Below, in pieces: positions 26,501-38,200 of a DNA stretch of 64,000 nt; position 1 is the stretch's first letter, and each line of letters begins with the position of its first letter. Source of the DNA: Mytilus edulis (taxonomy: Eukaryota). The stretch is from NCBI RefSeq assembly GCF_963676685.1, contig NC_092352.1:18972001-19036000 (forward strand), written 5' to 3'. Position numbers and translations under genes: made by a program. The notes under the pieces were generated by a model that ran no database searches, was not told where the DNA came from, and saw only the letters and a program-made list of their open reading frames with translations.

Positions 26501-28140
26501 AACAGTTTTCAGATCTTTAAGGGGTTCCTCAATTTTGTTTATACTTCAACATGTTCAACATGTTTAAGACTCATCAATTTCTTGTATGCAGCTGCCATCA
26601 GTTCTCATTAACTGAATTTAACTCTGACAACCACCTTGGTGTAGCTGTGGATATGATGTGCTCAATTGTTTAAGCACAAGATTTGGGATGGTCAGGCAGA
26701 TAATGTCTTTTTCTTTCTGATTTCTCTAGGTGTTTTAATTCTGGTCAAAGTCTTTTGAATTAAGTGTTACATTGTTTTGTTTTCTTTGTTCTTTCTTTGT
26801 TTATATTTGTCTAGATTGTCCTTCAGATTTGGATCTTCTTCTTCTTTTTCTCAATTTTTACTCCTCAAAGTTGAGGTTGTTGTTGACTTTGTATGCACTT
26901 ACCCTTAATGATTTTACTCTAAAGTTGGGTTTCACAACCATCTTTCCCATCTTTCATTCATTGAAAGGTTGGGTCTTAAAATTAAACTCAAAATGTGCTA
27001 GATGGTTTGTTATGGTAAATCCATGTCAGGAGTGCAACACAATTAATTGTTTGTTATAACAATTATAATAGTCTAAAAAGTATTACATGAAACCATTCTA
27101 AAACTTCTAAATTGAAATATGGTTATTTTCCAATCAAATGACAAAGTTTAAGACAATTAGCTTCAATAATTTGAAAATCATATGAAAATTTAGCATTAAA
27201 ATATGTTTACTTGTGACAAAAAACAATTCTTGGATCTAAGTCCTACTTTTAAGTTTACCTTTAAGAATTTATTATAGCTCATACATTCAACCTAAATAGT
27301 TAGAAAACATGTGTTGATGCAAATAAGTCACTAGGAGCTGAGATTATCTTAAAAAGTCCAAGAAAATGTCTTTCTCATTTTAAAACTGTTGCACTCCTGA
27401 CATCAAAGAAATGGTTCTAAAAGAAAAACTCCTAGTCTATCAGACTACTCTTTGGGTGCAATCTTGTATCTATCATAGTATCTTTTGAAAAATAAATATA
27501 CAGAACCATATATTGGCTTTTGTATATTTTCAGTGTAAGTCTTTAAACATCAAAGTTGCACTCCGAACACTCATAGGGAGGCCTTATTTACTTGACTCTC
27601 ATACATTATTTATATTAATAATCAGGTAAATGAACTACTTATTCTAGAAAGGACATGTTTGTTTTACAGGATTGACTTTAGTTTATGTTAAGGTGTGAGT
27701 CATTTGAAGAAAACTCATTCCATTCCTCAGTAATACTAATGTTTGTGTTGCACTCCTGACATGGCACAATTATTTTTTTTAAAACACATCTGTATCAAAA
27801 CGGTTCAAAAGAAAAGCTTCATTTTCAGCTAAAATCATTACTAAGATATAACAGTTTTAAAACAAAAAAGAATGTAAGGCATATCACTCCATTAAACAAT
27901 TTGCTGTGTCTTAAAAAAAAAAGTATTGTTTTAAAATGTCACAAAAAAGTGTTGCACTCCTGAAAATTTTGGCATCTTTTTTTAACATAATTTTTTTAAT
28001 ACTTGAGATTTTCCGAAGATGTTTTGCAGGAATATTTTACACATAAAGCCACATCATTTGAAATCAAATTATCCAATCAAATTATCATCATAGTTGATAA
28101 ATATTGCTATATATGCAAGGAACCATTTATTTTTACTTTG
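23600..28140. mobile_element. Large foldback-type insertion in the last intron of copy A
   Basis: Absent from copy B. Diverged inverted arms ~24737-26250 and ~26710-28053. 12 copies of a GTTGCACTCCTGACA-like motif in both orientations. Confidence 0.75.
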
Positions 28141-28902
28141 CCCATCTCGTAAACTCTATCACACGTAAATTGTATAATTGTGTCATTGAGTATGCCTGGC
28201 GCATTAATATATTTGTTGGTTAACACAAAAATATGATCGCCATGAAATGTCCTACTAGTATCTGATAAAAAAAAATAAACTACAAAAACTCGTATTATCA
28301 TCCAAACAACTGTTTTGTGTTTATTATTTGATTTAACGAGTATCGTGAAGTGAAAATAAATTTTCTTAACGTTGATGTTATTATCGCCGCCATCTTGTTT
28401 ACATTGGTTACGAAAAGAAGTGCGGTCAACGTCGTCTATCGAAAAATAAACAACGTTAAGATCAACTACAGGAAGTCCTCTCGACCAATCATATCAAAGT
28501 ATTTCCTAATATGCAAATCATGTAAGAATTATAACAGTCTATTTTCCTTTTTAAGAGTTTGATAGTATACGTGTGGAAAATATCTTCTCGCTTGCATCAA
28601 ATATAAGGATTGTAAAGACAAAAAAAAACCAATCTAAACCAGAAACAAACAAAAAAATATAATTTTATTAAATATTTTCCCTATAACGTCTCATATATCA
28701 AAACGATAGATGTGCTCTAATATGTCTGATTAGACTTACTTTTGACAAGATATACTTTTACTTTATATCATTTAGCCATAAACCTTTGTTCATTTTTTCT
28801 TTGTTTTTATGTTATTGAAGTATACACATATCTCAGGATTATTTCGAACTTTCTTTCAACAATCGAAATCTAAAATCGTGATGATTGTAGTACAATACCA
28901 AC

Positions 28903-29087
28903 CTGGACATTTGGTTTCCACATGTCAGCTGCTACAAAAGTTCCACCGAGTTCTTTAAGTTTAGTTTCTAAAGGAAATGGCATGACTGACGTCAGTTGTA
29001 CGCCGTCTTCTTCTTCATTTGTGAATGCTGTTACTTTCTTGCCCTTTATTAAATGGTCACCATTGGAGAGTTTCAATGGAACTAGTC
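28903..29087 (-). CDS. DJ-1/PfpI Hsp31-like, copy A, coding exon 4
   Basis: GLVPLKLSNGDHLIKGKKVTAFTNEEE...PFPLETKLKELGG.F...W.PNVQ. AG/GT boundaries. Confidence 0.92.
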
Positions 29088-29733
29088 CTAAAATACAAAA
29101 TTTCTATTTACACAAACTGAAAAATTTGTGCAACTTTAAACTGAATCTTAGGGCCTAATAAAAAAATTGAGAAAAAATGCAATATAAAAGAAATGAAATG
29201 CCACTGATTTATTTTAAAATTTGAGAATAGAAAGCATGCTTCCGCAAGATTAATATAACACGACTATCTAGTAACCAAATAATGAATTCGCCATGTCCCA
29301 GTAACACTTTTAAAATATACATAACCTGTGTAATGTGTACATCTGTTTATGTCCTATTTGGTCATTTAGCTCCTAACATTTCAGCGTATCTACGTATCCC
29401 TGGACTTTAAATGATTACGTTTGATCGTTCAAGACGTAGAATAATAATAAACAGCTTGCGCTTCGGACGCGTGAAATTCATAAAGTGTTTATTTGAAGCT
29501 GGTTTGGTCAACAAGAGTTTGTTTAACGTTTAACAGCTTGATTAAGATCCAAAACAAAAAGCTTCATTTTTTAGCTTCATCTTTATACTTAATTTCGAAG
29601 TTGTCTTGATATCATAATTCTCTAATACCATCACGACTCATCATTATAAATCGTTAGATTTAAATTATGAGAGATGCTTTTAAAATGAAACGAAAGTTCT
29701 CAATAAAACTGCTATAATAAAAAATATACCTAC

Positions 29734-29870
29734 CTACTGGTCCGTGACATACGGCACTGACAATTCCTCCGTTTTCATAAATACCCACACCTATTTTTGC
29801 TATCTCCTGGTTTTCAGGAAGATCAAACATAGGACCATGTCCTCCAGCATAAAATATAGCTTTAAAATCA
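29734..29870 (-). CDS. DJ-1/PfpI Hsp31-like, copy A, coding exon 3
   Basis: DFKAIFYAGGHGPMFDLP...GGIVSAVCHGPV with the nucleophile elbow Cys135-His136. AG/GT boundaries. Confidence 0.93.
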
Positions 29871-30441
29871 CTGCAAATAAAGACCAAGACATCTTCCTTT
29901 TTTATATGGTTATAAAAAACTGTATAGATTGTAAAAGTTGCTTCTAGTATGAATGATTGAATAATTTCTTAGAAAAATGCCTCTAAATACCGGAATAACA
30001 TGACAGAAATCGCTTGTGTGAGATCAATGTGTTTCCGAGTAACATTATGTCATCTCAAACTAATTCACTACATGTTCTTCTGATACACATAAGATATTTC
30101 ATTACTATAAACAAAATAGAATATCCAAATTCAACATGACATCGATATTATATAGCCATACACGAAAGTCTTGTCCATTGTAATTGCCAATAACTTTTGA
30201 CAAGATTTATAGTTCGCACACGTTGTTTTTGGATGATAACTCTTGCCCCCCATTATGAATTATATCATATTTACATAGATAGGATACACATTACTGGTAA
30301 TAGTAAAGTTTTTACCGATTTTTGTCTCTTGTAGCGTACTATTTCGAACCTTTGAAATAAAGTCGTATCACGCCCATGCGCTCACTTTTGTTTCCCACTA
30401 ATAAGTAGTGCGCTTCGATCCTCTTACTAAACAATGATTAC

Positions 30442-30557
30442 CTTGCTTTAATTTCTGAGGGTTTGCGTGTGTTATCAATTGCGGACATTGCCTCTTTGTT
30501 TGCTAGAAGATCCTTACAGATTTGGTCATCTTTAAAGGCTTCGCCACTACCTGGATC
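30442..30557 (-). CDS. DJ-1/PfpI Hsp31-like, copy A, coding exon 2
   Basis: TTTCAG|DPGSGEAFKDDQICKDLLANKEAMSAIDNTRKPSEIKA|GTAATC. 116 nt, phases consistent. Confidence 0.9.
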
Positions 30558-30683
30558 CTGAAACATAAAATACGAAATGTACAATGTACGCATCAAAGAT
30601 ACTTGATGTCAGCACCAACATCTAAAACAAATGAAATGATTGTGTTTTATGAATATCTGAATATATATACATATATATATTAC

Positions 30684-30848
30684 CATTGGCGCCTTCCCTC
30701 CTTTTGGACTTAGGAATGTGATTTTATGTCCCTTTGCTTTTAGTGCGTGGTAAGGATGAGCTACCTCCGGTAAATACCAACCGGTCTTGTGGTCCGTAGC
30801 TCCCAATTTATCATGACTGGTTAGAACAAATAACACTTTGGCTGGCAT
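30684..30848 (-). CDS. DJ-1/PfpI Hsp31-like glyoxalase III, copy A, coding exon 1
   Basis: MPAKVLFVLTSHDKLGATDHKTGWYLPEVAHPY...SPKGGKAPM. Acceptor TTAG| before 30853, donor GTAATA. The TG....E..HP motif carries the catalytic Glu28. Confidence 0.92.
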
Positions 30849-32651
30849 TTTCACTAATAATAAAAAGAAAATGTAATGACTGTTATTGTTTTCCTGAAGA
30901 TATCTTATTTGAGTTTTGAATCGAAAATATCAAAAGATTACCAAGCTGACAGTATAATATCATAATTCAGGCAAAAAACAGAAAAAAAGAACGAACTGAC
31001 TAATAACAATTGACAAACCGTAAACAATCGGAGCTAACACAGTCTGAACAACTAGAACTTAACATAAATGTTTAGGTCATGCGCAAAGTAAGCAGTTTCT
31101 ACACGACTAGTATTTATATAGCCAATTACATGTTAAATACCTGGTCAAAAGTAGATCAATGTGCCTACGAAAATTCGATCATATCCTTGCCATGTCAAAT
31201 AAATATTATTGTATGATAAATCGAGCCAATATTGTTTCGGTTAAATATTAAAAGGAATACTTTTTTTTGACCATTTAGAACCATTGGTTCCGCAACTTCT
31301 AAAAAGCAACTATCTTTCAATGTTATTTTCATAAGAATACACAAGCTCTTTGCATTACTTTAGAAAAATATTCTACACATAAATGTGTCGATGGAATATT
31401 GTTACATAATAACTAAACGCTTGTACATTTAATTGGGAAATTGAGACCCTATCTTTTATCGCATAGGTTTGTTTTCCTATGCGCCTCTGTAACTATAAAG
31501 TCACATTTTAATGGAATTTTACAAGGTTTTCAGATAATTGAATATACATGAAAACTGAATATTAAAAATTTGGTTAATAGATTATAACAAATTGGAACAT
31601 AGTTTGAAGTCTGTCTATGACCTAGGAATCTTATAGGAAAATAGGAATTATGTACAGGGCGTTGATATCAAAATCAAATGTGAGAACATTGTTATAACAA
31701 AAATACTCTCAACTAGTATAATAATATTGGTAACTTTTCACATATAGGATGAGAATATCTAGACTTCCATCCTTTCTAGAATTAGAAGGTTCATGTTTTA
31801 TTCCTTATTAGACCATCTTCATGAACCTTTATCCCACTCATTATGTAGTAAATCAGGTACTAACCCTCCGTTCATTTGAATCAGCAACAAAAAAACAGAA
31901 TGATGGGCAAATATTGCATTTAATATGTTTATTATATCCATTAACTCTCTTTATAGTAATCGAGCGGCCAAAATATGTTAAAGTCCAAAATCTACTACAA
32001 GCATTGAAACCAAAAAGGAGCTAATGAAAAGACAAAGCCAGACGAGGAGTCAAACCTATGAAAGAAGAGTTCTCATTGGCACTCATACCACATCTTCTAA
32101 AATCTATGAAGGTGATACAGAAATTCGAATCCGTTGCGTTACCACTTATATGTTTGTTTTACATAATGATAAATAAAATTAGCAAAATATAAACCATTCG
32201 AAGTTAACAAAAAGAAGAAAAAGACATTTAACCTCAGTAACGGAATTATACCCAGTAAGCAACATACACAAATTATAATTTAACATAACCAGGACTAGGT
32301 CTCCATTAACCGAAAGACAATGGAATATGTGTATAGGTATTTACAATGTTTCAATAGGTTTATTAGGGAAAATCCACCAAACATATCATACTTCCTACTG
32401 CATAGAGGGATACTGCATAACGATATGCACATTATACATTCGTATATATATGACGAACAAACCAAAACTTAAAGTTGGCAGCCATTAATGGTATAATAGT
32501 TAAACATTTAAAACTGCATCTGATTTACTATATAAATGTTATGGTAAAATCTAAATATAAGTTTAAAAAACTGAAGCTTTTTTCTTGTTACCAGCTTGCC
32601 TATCCTTTCTACAAAAAAAACAAATTTGAAATCGTAATAAACGTGACATAC

Positions 32652-32698
32652 CTGAAACTCGTGTCTAATTATGAAGATTCTGCTAATAATGTTTAAAC
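32652..32698 (-). other. Putative 5' non-coding exon of DJ-1/PfpI copy A (paralog 51779-51828)
   Basis: TTTCAG acceptor and CAG|GTATGT donor are both conserved in the two copies. The first coding exon begins with an acceptor 5 nt before the ATG, so an upstream exon is expected. Confidence 0.45.
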
Positions 32699-32754
32699 CT
32701 GAAATTATTTACAAAGCGGTCATGATATAAGAAATTTATAGGTTCAAACTTAAA

Positions 32755-35246
32755 CACAGTGTACAAGTGGACAGTGACACAAAACGGAAGTTGCTGATCT
32801 GTCCGACGGCGATCGGCTCGTTGTTTTTCAAAAAAATATAGAATATCAACACAAAGTGTCCCATAATGGATTGTTCAGCAGCTCAAGGTAAGTGAATAAC
32901 TACAATGATGTATTTTTGACCATTTAAAGCTTATTTTATGCTTTTAGCATCAACCGTCTTTTTAAAATAACTCCTGATCATGAAGAGGGGTCAAAATTTT
33001 GCGATTTTTCGAGTCATAAATCTTAACAAAACTCCGAAAATTCAAACATTTTCAAGATTTTTAATCGATACATAGTTGAATAATCATATTCCGCATACAC
33101 ACACAAAAGTTTGGTTCATTTTTTTTTATTATATTGTCACAATTGAATCTTTTCTATTCAAAGTGTACTGTCCGCCTCGTTACCACCGTATGTTTTCATA
33201 CTGTCCGATTCGTTGGTCATATTCATGATCGATATCTTAAGCAAAAGTAAGATTGAAACATGCAATTTATCCACATTCATGACCGATTTCCTAGGAAATA
33301 TCAACATTTATAAAATGTTACTGATTATTACATATAAAAAGCATTGTTAATGCATGCACATGAACATTTAATATACGTTTCTCTAGTTTGTTTTAGGAAA
33401 ATGGGGCACGTAGGTGATTTTTATGGTATATTTATTCATACATTCATGTGGAACATTGTTATTATATCACTTAAAAACATAAATAGGGGTAATAACTTTT
33501 CATGAAAAATACAACCATGCAACAAAAGTTATTTCTAGGCCTTTTATAGCTGACTATGCGGTATGGGCTTTGCTCATTGTTGAAGGCCGTACGGTGACCT
33601 ATAGTTGTTCATTTCTGTGTCATTTAATTTGTTCTCTTGTTGAGAGTTGTCTCATTGGCAATTACACCAAATCTTCTTTTTTATATTTATAAACGTTTGA
33701 CACAGAAAATCAAAACAATAGTTTTTTACACCCAGTTTGCGTCTTATTTCACCAATAATCAAACAAATCTCATGGCTTGGAATTCAAGTCAAAAAGAATC
33801 AATTGAAAAGTTACGGTGTACTTGAATGGTCCATGAGTTTGTTTTCCTATTGCCTTAGTAGAGGTAAGAATACTTATATACACACATTTAACATGAAGTA
33901 TGCGGTGAAGCCTTTCTTGTTAAATTTTTTATCATAACTTGCATTTATTCTGTATGAGTTATTATTCAATTCTTATATGTACAAATCATCGATTAAATAA
34001 ATTAATATGAATACATTCACGTTACTTAATACATGTATTTGTAATCGCTTAGGCAGTTGCGGATCCAGGCGGTCGGGGGTCCGGGGTTGGGAACCCTAGT
34101 TACTTTTTTTTTAATCTTTCATCTGGGTATGAATTCTCTCTTAACAATTTCTGGATCCGCTCCTGAATTATATTTTTGTAAGTTTAAAAAACACGAATAT
34201 CAGTGAAATTAACAAATATGGAAAATATGGGGCAAAAAATACCCGTCCCCATGTACCTACGATTACATCTATGTTATAGTATACATTATGATCGAAATGT
34301 TAAAGTCTGATCACGGATGCAAAGTAAGAGCGCTGCATCACTCACTATCATCTACTGTTGTTTTAAAATAACTTTTAAACAAGAATGTGACCATAGTACA
34401 CGGATGCCCCACTCGCACTATCGTTTTCTATGTTCATTAGGCCGTAAAATTGGATCAAAACTCTAATTTTGCATTAAATTAGAAAGATCATGTCATAGGG
34501 AACATGTGTACTGAATTCACCATGCATTTATTAGAATATTATATCGGTAGAGAATCTAACAACAAGGTCCGCAAACGATGAATACGAGCAGCAGACATGA
34601 GTAAAGGTTCTGGAAGAGTGATCAATGTCCCCCTTTAATTGACACGAGATCCAAGCTGAATATATAATCTATAAATATTTTCCATATATAATCATAGACA
34701 GTATCTGTGTTGAATAAAGTTTAAATGTGGATAAATTGCATGTTTCAATCTTACTTTTGCTTAAGATATCGATCATGAATATGACCAACGAATCGGACAG
34801 TATGAAAACATACGGTGGCAACGAGGCGGACAGTACACTTTGAATAGAAAAGATTCAATTGTGACAATATAATAAAAAAAAATGAACCAAACTTTTGTGT
34901 GTGTATGCGGAATATGATTATTCAACTATGTATCGATTAAAAATCTTGAAAATGTTTGAATTTTCGGAGTTTTGTTAAGATTTATGACTCGAAAAATCGC
35001 AAAATTTTGACCCCTCTTCATGATCAGGAGTTATTTTAAAAAGACGGTTGATGCTAAAAGCATAAAATAAGCTTTAAATGGTCAAAAATACACCATTGTA
35101 GTTATTCACTTACCTTGAGCTGCTGAACAATCCATTATGGGACACTTTGTGTTGATATTCTATATTTTTTTGAAAAACAACGAGCCGATCGCCGTCGGAC
35201 AGATCAGCAACTTCCGTTTTGTGTCACTGTCCGCTTGTACACTGTG
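32755..35246. mobile_element. Transib/RAG-superfamily-like non-autonomous DNA transposon, 523-bp TIRs, CACAGTG ends, 5-bp TSD TTAAA
   Basis: TTAAA|CACAGTG...CACTGTG|TTAAA. TIRs 32755-33277 and 34724-35246 with ~3 mismatches. Empty site CAAAC-TTAAA-GGG at 51877-51881. Confidence 0.85.
33537..33685. mobile_element. Abundant SINE-like repeat fragment
   Basis: GGCCTTTTATAGCTGACTATGCGGTATGGGCTTTGCTCATTG...GAGAGTTGTCTCATTGG. Copies at 63295-63480 and, reversed, at ~54660-54930, ~52965-53300 and ~8710-8790. Confidence 0.7.
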
Positions 35247-38200
35247 TTAAAGGGCCAGTTAAGCGTGCAATATTGATTTCAGGTGTATAAGTGACTTAGC
35301 AATTTACCTGTTATATGTCTCTAAATAATAAACCGGACAATTCCTTATTCTTAAGATACTGGATAGGGCAGTTTGGCTCTTGAAAAAATCTAAGGCACTT
35401 GTAATAAGATTTACAGAGTGTATGTTGTATTGGTATTTGTATATACATGACTATAAATAAATCATAACGCAGGGGAATATCGTTCACTTGCAAGAACAAA
35501 AAATCCGTACTATATGATGTTAGATTTGTAGAAAAGATAGGAAACGAAACTTTTAGAATGAGTTATATTTTTTAAGTTTTGGAGACATAGTGTGATGAAA
35601 TATGCTATATCATGATTTATGTTCATTCTGTCTCAAAAGTCAGTTTGATCGACAGATGTGATCAACTTATTAAACTTATTAAAGTTTCAAAATCCACATT
35701 AAAATGAAGATTTATAAACCAAATATCTCCGTTTCCAAAATATTTTTTTTGTAGAAATCAAAATTTTAACTAGGAGATAGTAGAATGTAGTATATGACCA
35801 CGTATTTGGCCCCGAGAATCAAACAGTATTATTGATCTACCCAAATACCATCCTTCAGATGTTAATAAGACATTAGTCTGAGGGACATCAGTGTTTATAA
35901 TTTAGGATTTTATCTTATATATTTACTTAAAAATCTTAAGGGCTCTTTACTTCTCGCATAAAATTCAAAACAACTTAAAAGCAAACACTGCAAACAAAGC
36001 CCACTTTTAATTGTCATTGGTATTAAGATATGAGCAACAGCTTTTAATACCAAAAAAAGAATTTTTGCTACAAAATTTATTTTACAAAGAAGTTATAAAT
36101 GTGTGTAAAATATCTATCTTTATCGCTATTTTGTGCATTTTTCCTTTGATCTTTTTCTCTAAAATAGCGATAAACAGATTATCATTGGCCATCTCAACTC
36201 GATTGCTTTTCTCGCTTTCGCCATCCCGGCTCAAACGAGAAAATCAATCATGTTGAGATGATCGACGATCATCTATAAGTATTTGACAGTTGCTATATAT
36301 ATATTTTGATCAATAACTGTACGTTAAATGGCCGTTTAAGGCCAAAATACCCATATTTCGCCATGTTAACCAAGACATATTGACATTGCCGGTACCTTTC
36401 TGTAAATAAAGTGATTAGATTGTATTAATCTATCATTCTGGTTTTTTTTTTAACAAAAACAATTTTCATTTGTTTTATCGACTAACTTTGGATACATTTT
36501 AGAGTCTAAACTTTGTTATTTTTAACTTGGTTGTTCCCAATCAAGACGTATCTGATAAACTAATTGTGCGCACGTTGATATTCATAAACCATGTTACAAG
36601 AACGGAAGATCATTATTCTTTTTGGTTAAGGTAAAAAGGGGGGATTTCGGGGAATTCAATTAGGATGATAAAAATATATTTTATGGCTGCCATTTCAAAA
36701 TGAACAGTTGCACACATTGTATATATATGTGATAAGAATATCGGACTATGATCGAACTTTTTCTGTACCTTGGAAGGGTAGGGGGCTTTCCCAGTTAGCA
36801 GTGGTAAATATTGTGATCTATAACAAGTGTTAGATTGTGCATGGAGTCGCATTTTTAAATGAATTATTTCAAATTCTAAACGTTATATAATATTTTATTC
36901 TATTATATAAATGGAAAAATATAATCCAGTTTTGACAGTTATTCAAAGGTAAAATCAATAAAGATAAATGGGTTTAAAACAGGATATTGCTTAAAACTTT
37001 TCCATTGATTTATCTCAAAGTATTTTGTTCTTCTTTACAAGTGTGGACACAGATCAGTGTGGATAGTATGTTTGGGTGTTTGACAGTGTTTTGTATGACA
37101 AAAGAAGTTCTATGTTTTTCCCATATTACTAACTGTGTTGCACAAATTTATTATACTATTGAAAAACTATCTTCCACTTTTCACAGTTCTCCTGCAATAG
37201 GTGAAAAAATAGAAAAAAATGGAACCATTTCAACAACTTATTTTATGATACAAGAAAGATAACTCATACTTGACTGAAAATAAATGTGTAACACAACTGG
37301 ATGCACATCACAATTGGACAGTGGTTAGTGTGTATCCTATAGATAGTATATATATGTATGTATGGAAGAATTAAATATGTGTTACTATGCTATGATAATA
37401 GGAGTTAAAATACTGTTTTTTTTATATATGATTTCCAGATATTGTTGGGAGAGAAAATAACAACAAAATATAAATGAATGTCACTATATATATATATATA
37501 TTTATTTTTTTGCTTTTGTTTATGAGTACATGTATGAATAGAATAATTAGGTTGCATTAATAATAATTATAATCGTTAAATATCAATTTAATCGGATATG
37601 AATTTAGTCAATGATTTTTTATATTTATTTTATTTATTTTTTGTTTGTTTGTTTGTTTTTTGTACTTTTTGTTTAGTTTTTGTTTTGTTTTTTGTTTTTT
37701 TGTTTTTTTTTTGTATGGGGAGGGGATGTTCATATAAGCACTGACACTGACAGGTCAAAATGAATAAACATGTTTTGTATTTTTCTTTGATAAAAAATTG
37801 TATGAGATGAAGAAGTACAAAATAAAGAATTATAAAAAAAACCTGTGTTGCACAAAATGACAACCAACCTGAGCACTAAGAGAGTTATTTATTTAATATT
37901 TAGTTTTTTTATGTTCAAAACCGGCATGGAAGAGACACTAATTGCATTAATTGTCAAATGATTATGATAAAATATGTTCCACATCTTTGATTTTGGATAC
38001 ATTTTGAAGCTAGGAGAGGAATTATTTTACTCAGTTTAGAAGACATTAGTAATGACAATGCCTGACATGATGGTTGGGACTAGATGAGCTAGAGAGTAAA
38101 CTTCTGTTTTATTTTATATTAATTATATGAAAGTAGGGTCAAATCCAAAAAAAAAAATTGGCCAGTATGAAAATGATAGCATCTAAAGAACCTTTGTGAG

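Larger units (their letters stand above)
22083..36823. repeat. Segmental duplication, copy A
   Basis: Collinear with 40392-61049 from ATAAAACCAGTAGTTC to ATTGTGATCTATAA, differing by point changes and many independent insertions. Confidence 0.9.

Noticed and set aside
24116-27965. CRISPR-like interspaced 15-mers
   Set aside because: Spacing is irregular and long, motifs occur in both orientations, the context is eukaryotic and there are no cas genes.
32755-32790. True 12/23 V(D)J recombination signals
   Set aside because: The spacer is 17 bp at both ends, the nonamer is imperfect, and no immunoglobulin-type segments are adjacent. These are transposon ends.
37625-37715. Lys/Thr/Asn-rich ORF 37630-37863
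   Set aside because: It comes from a (TTTG)n low-complexity tract.
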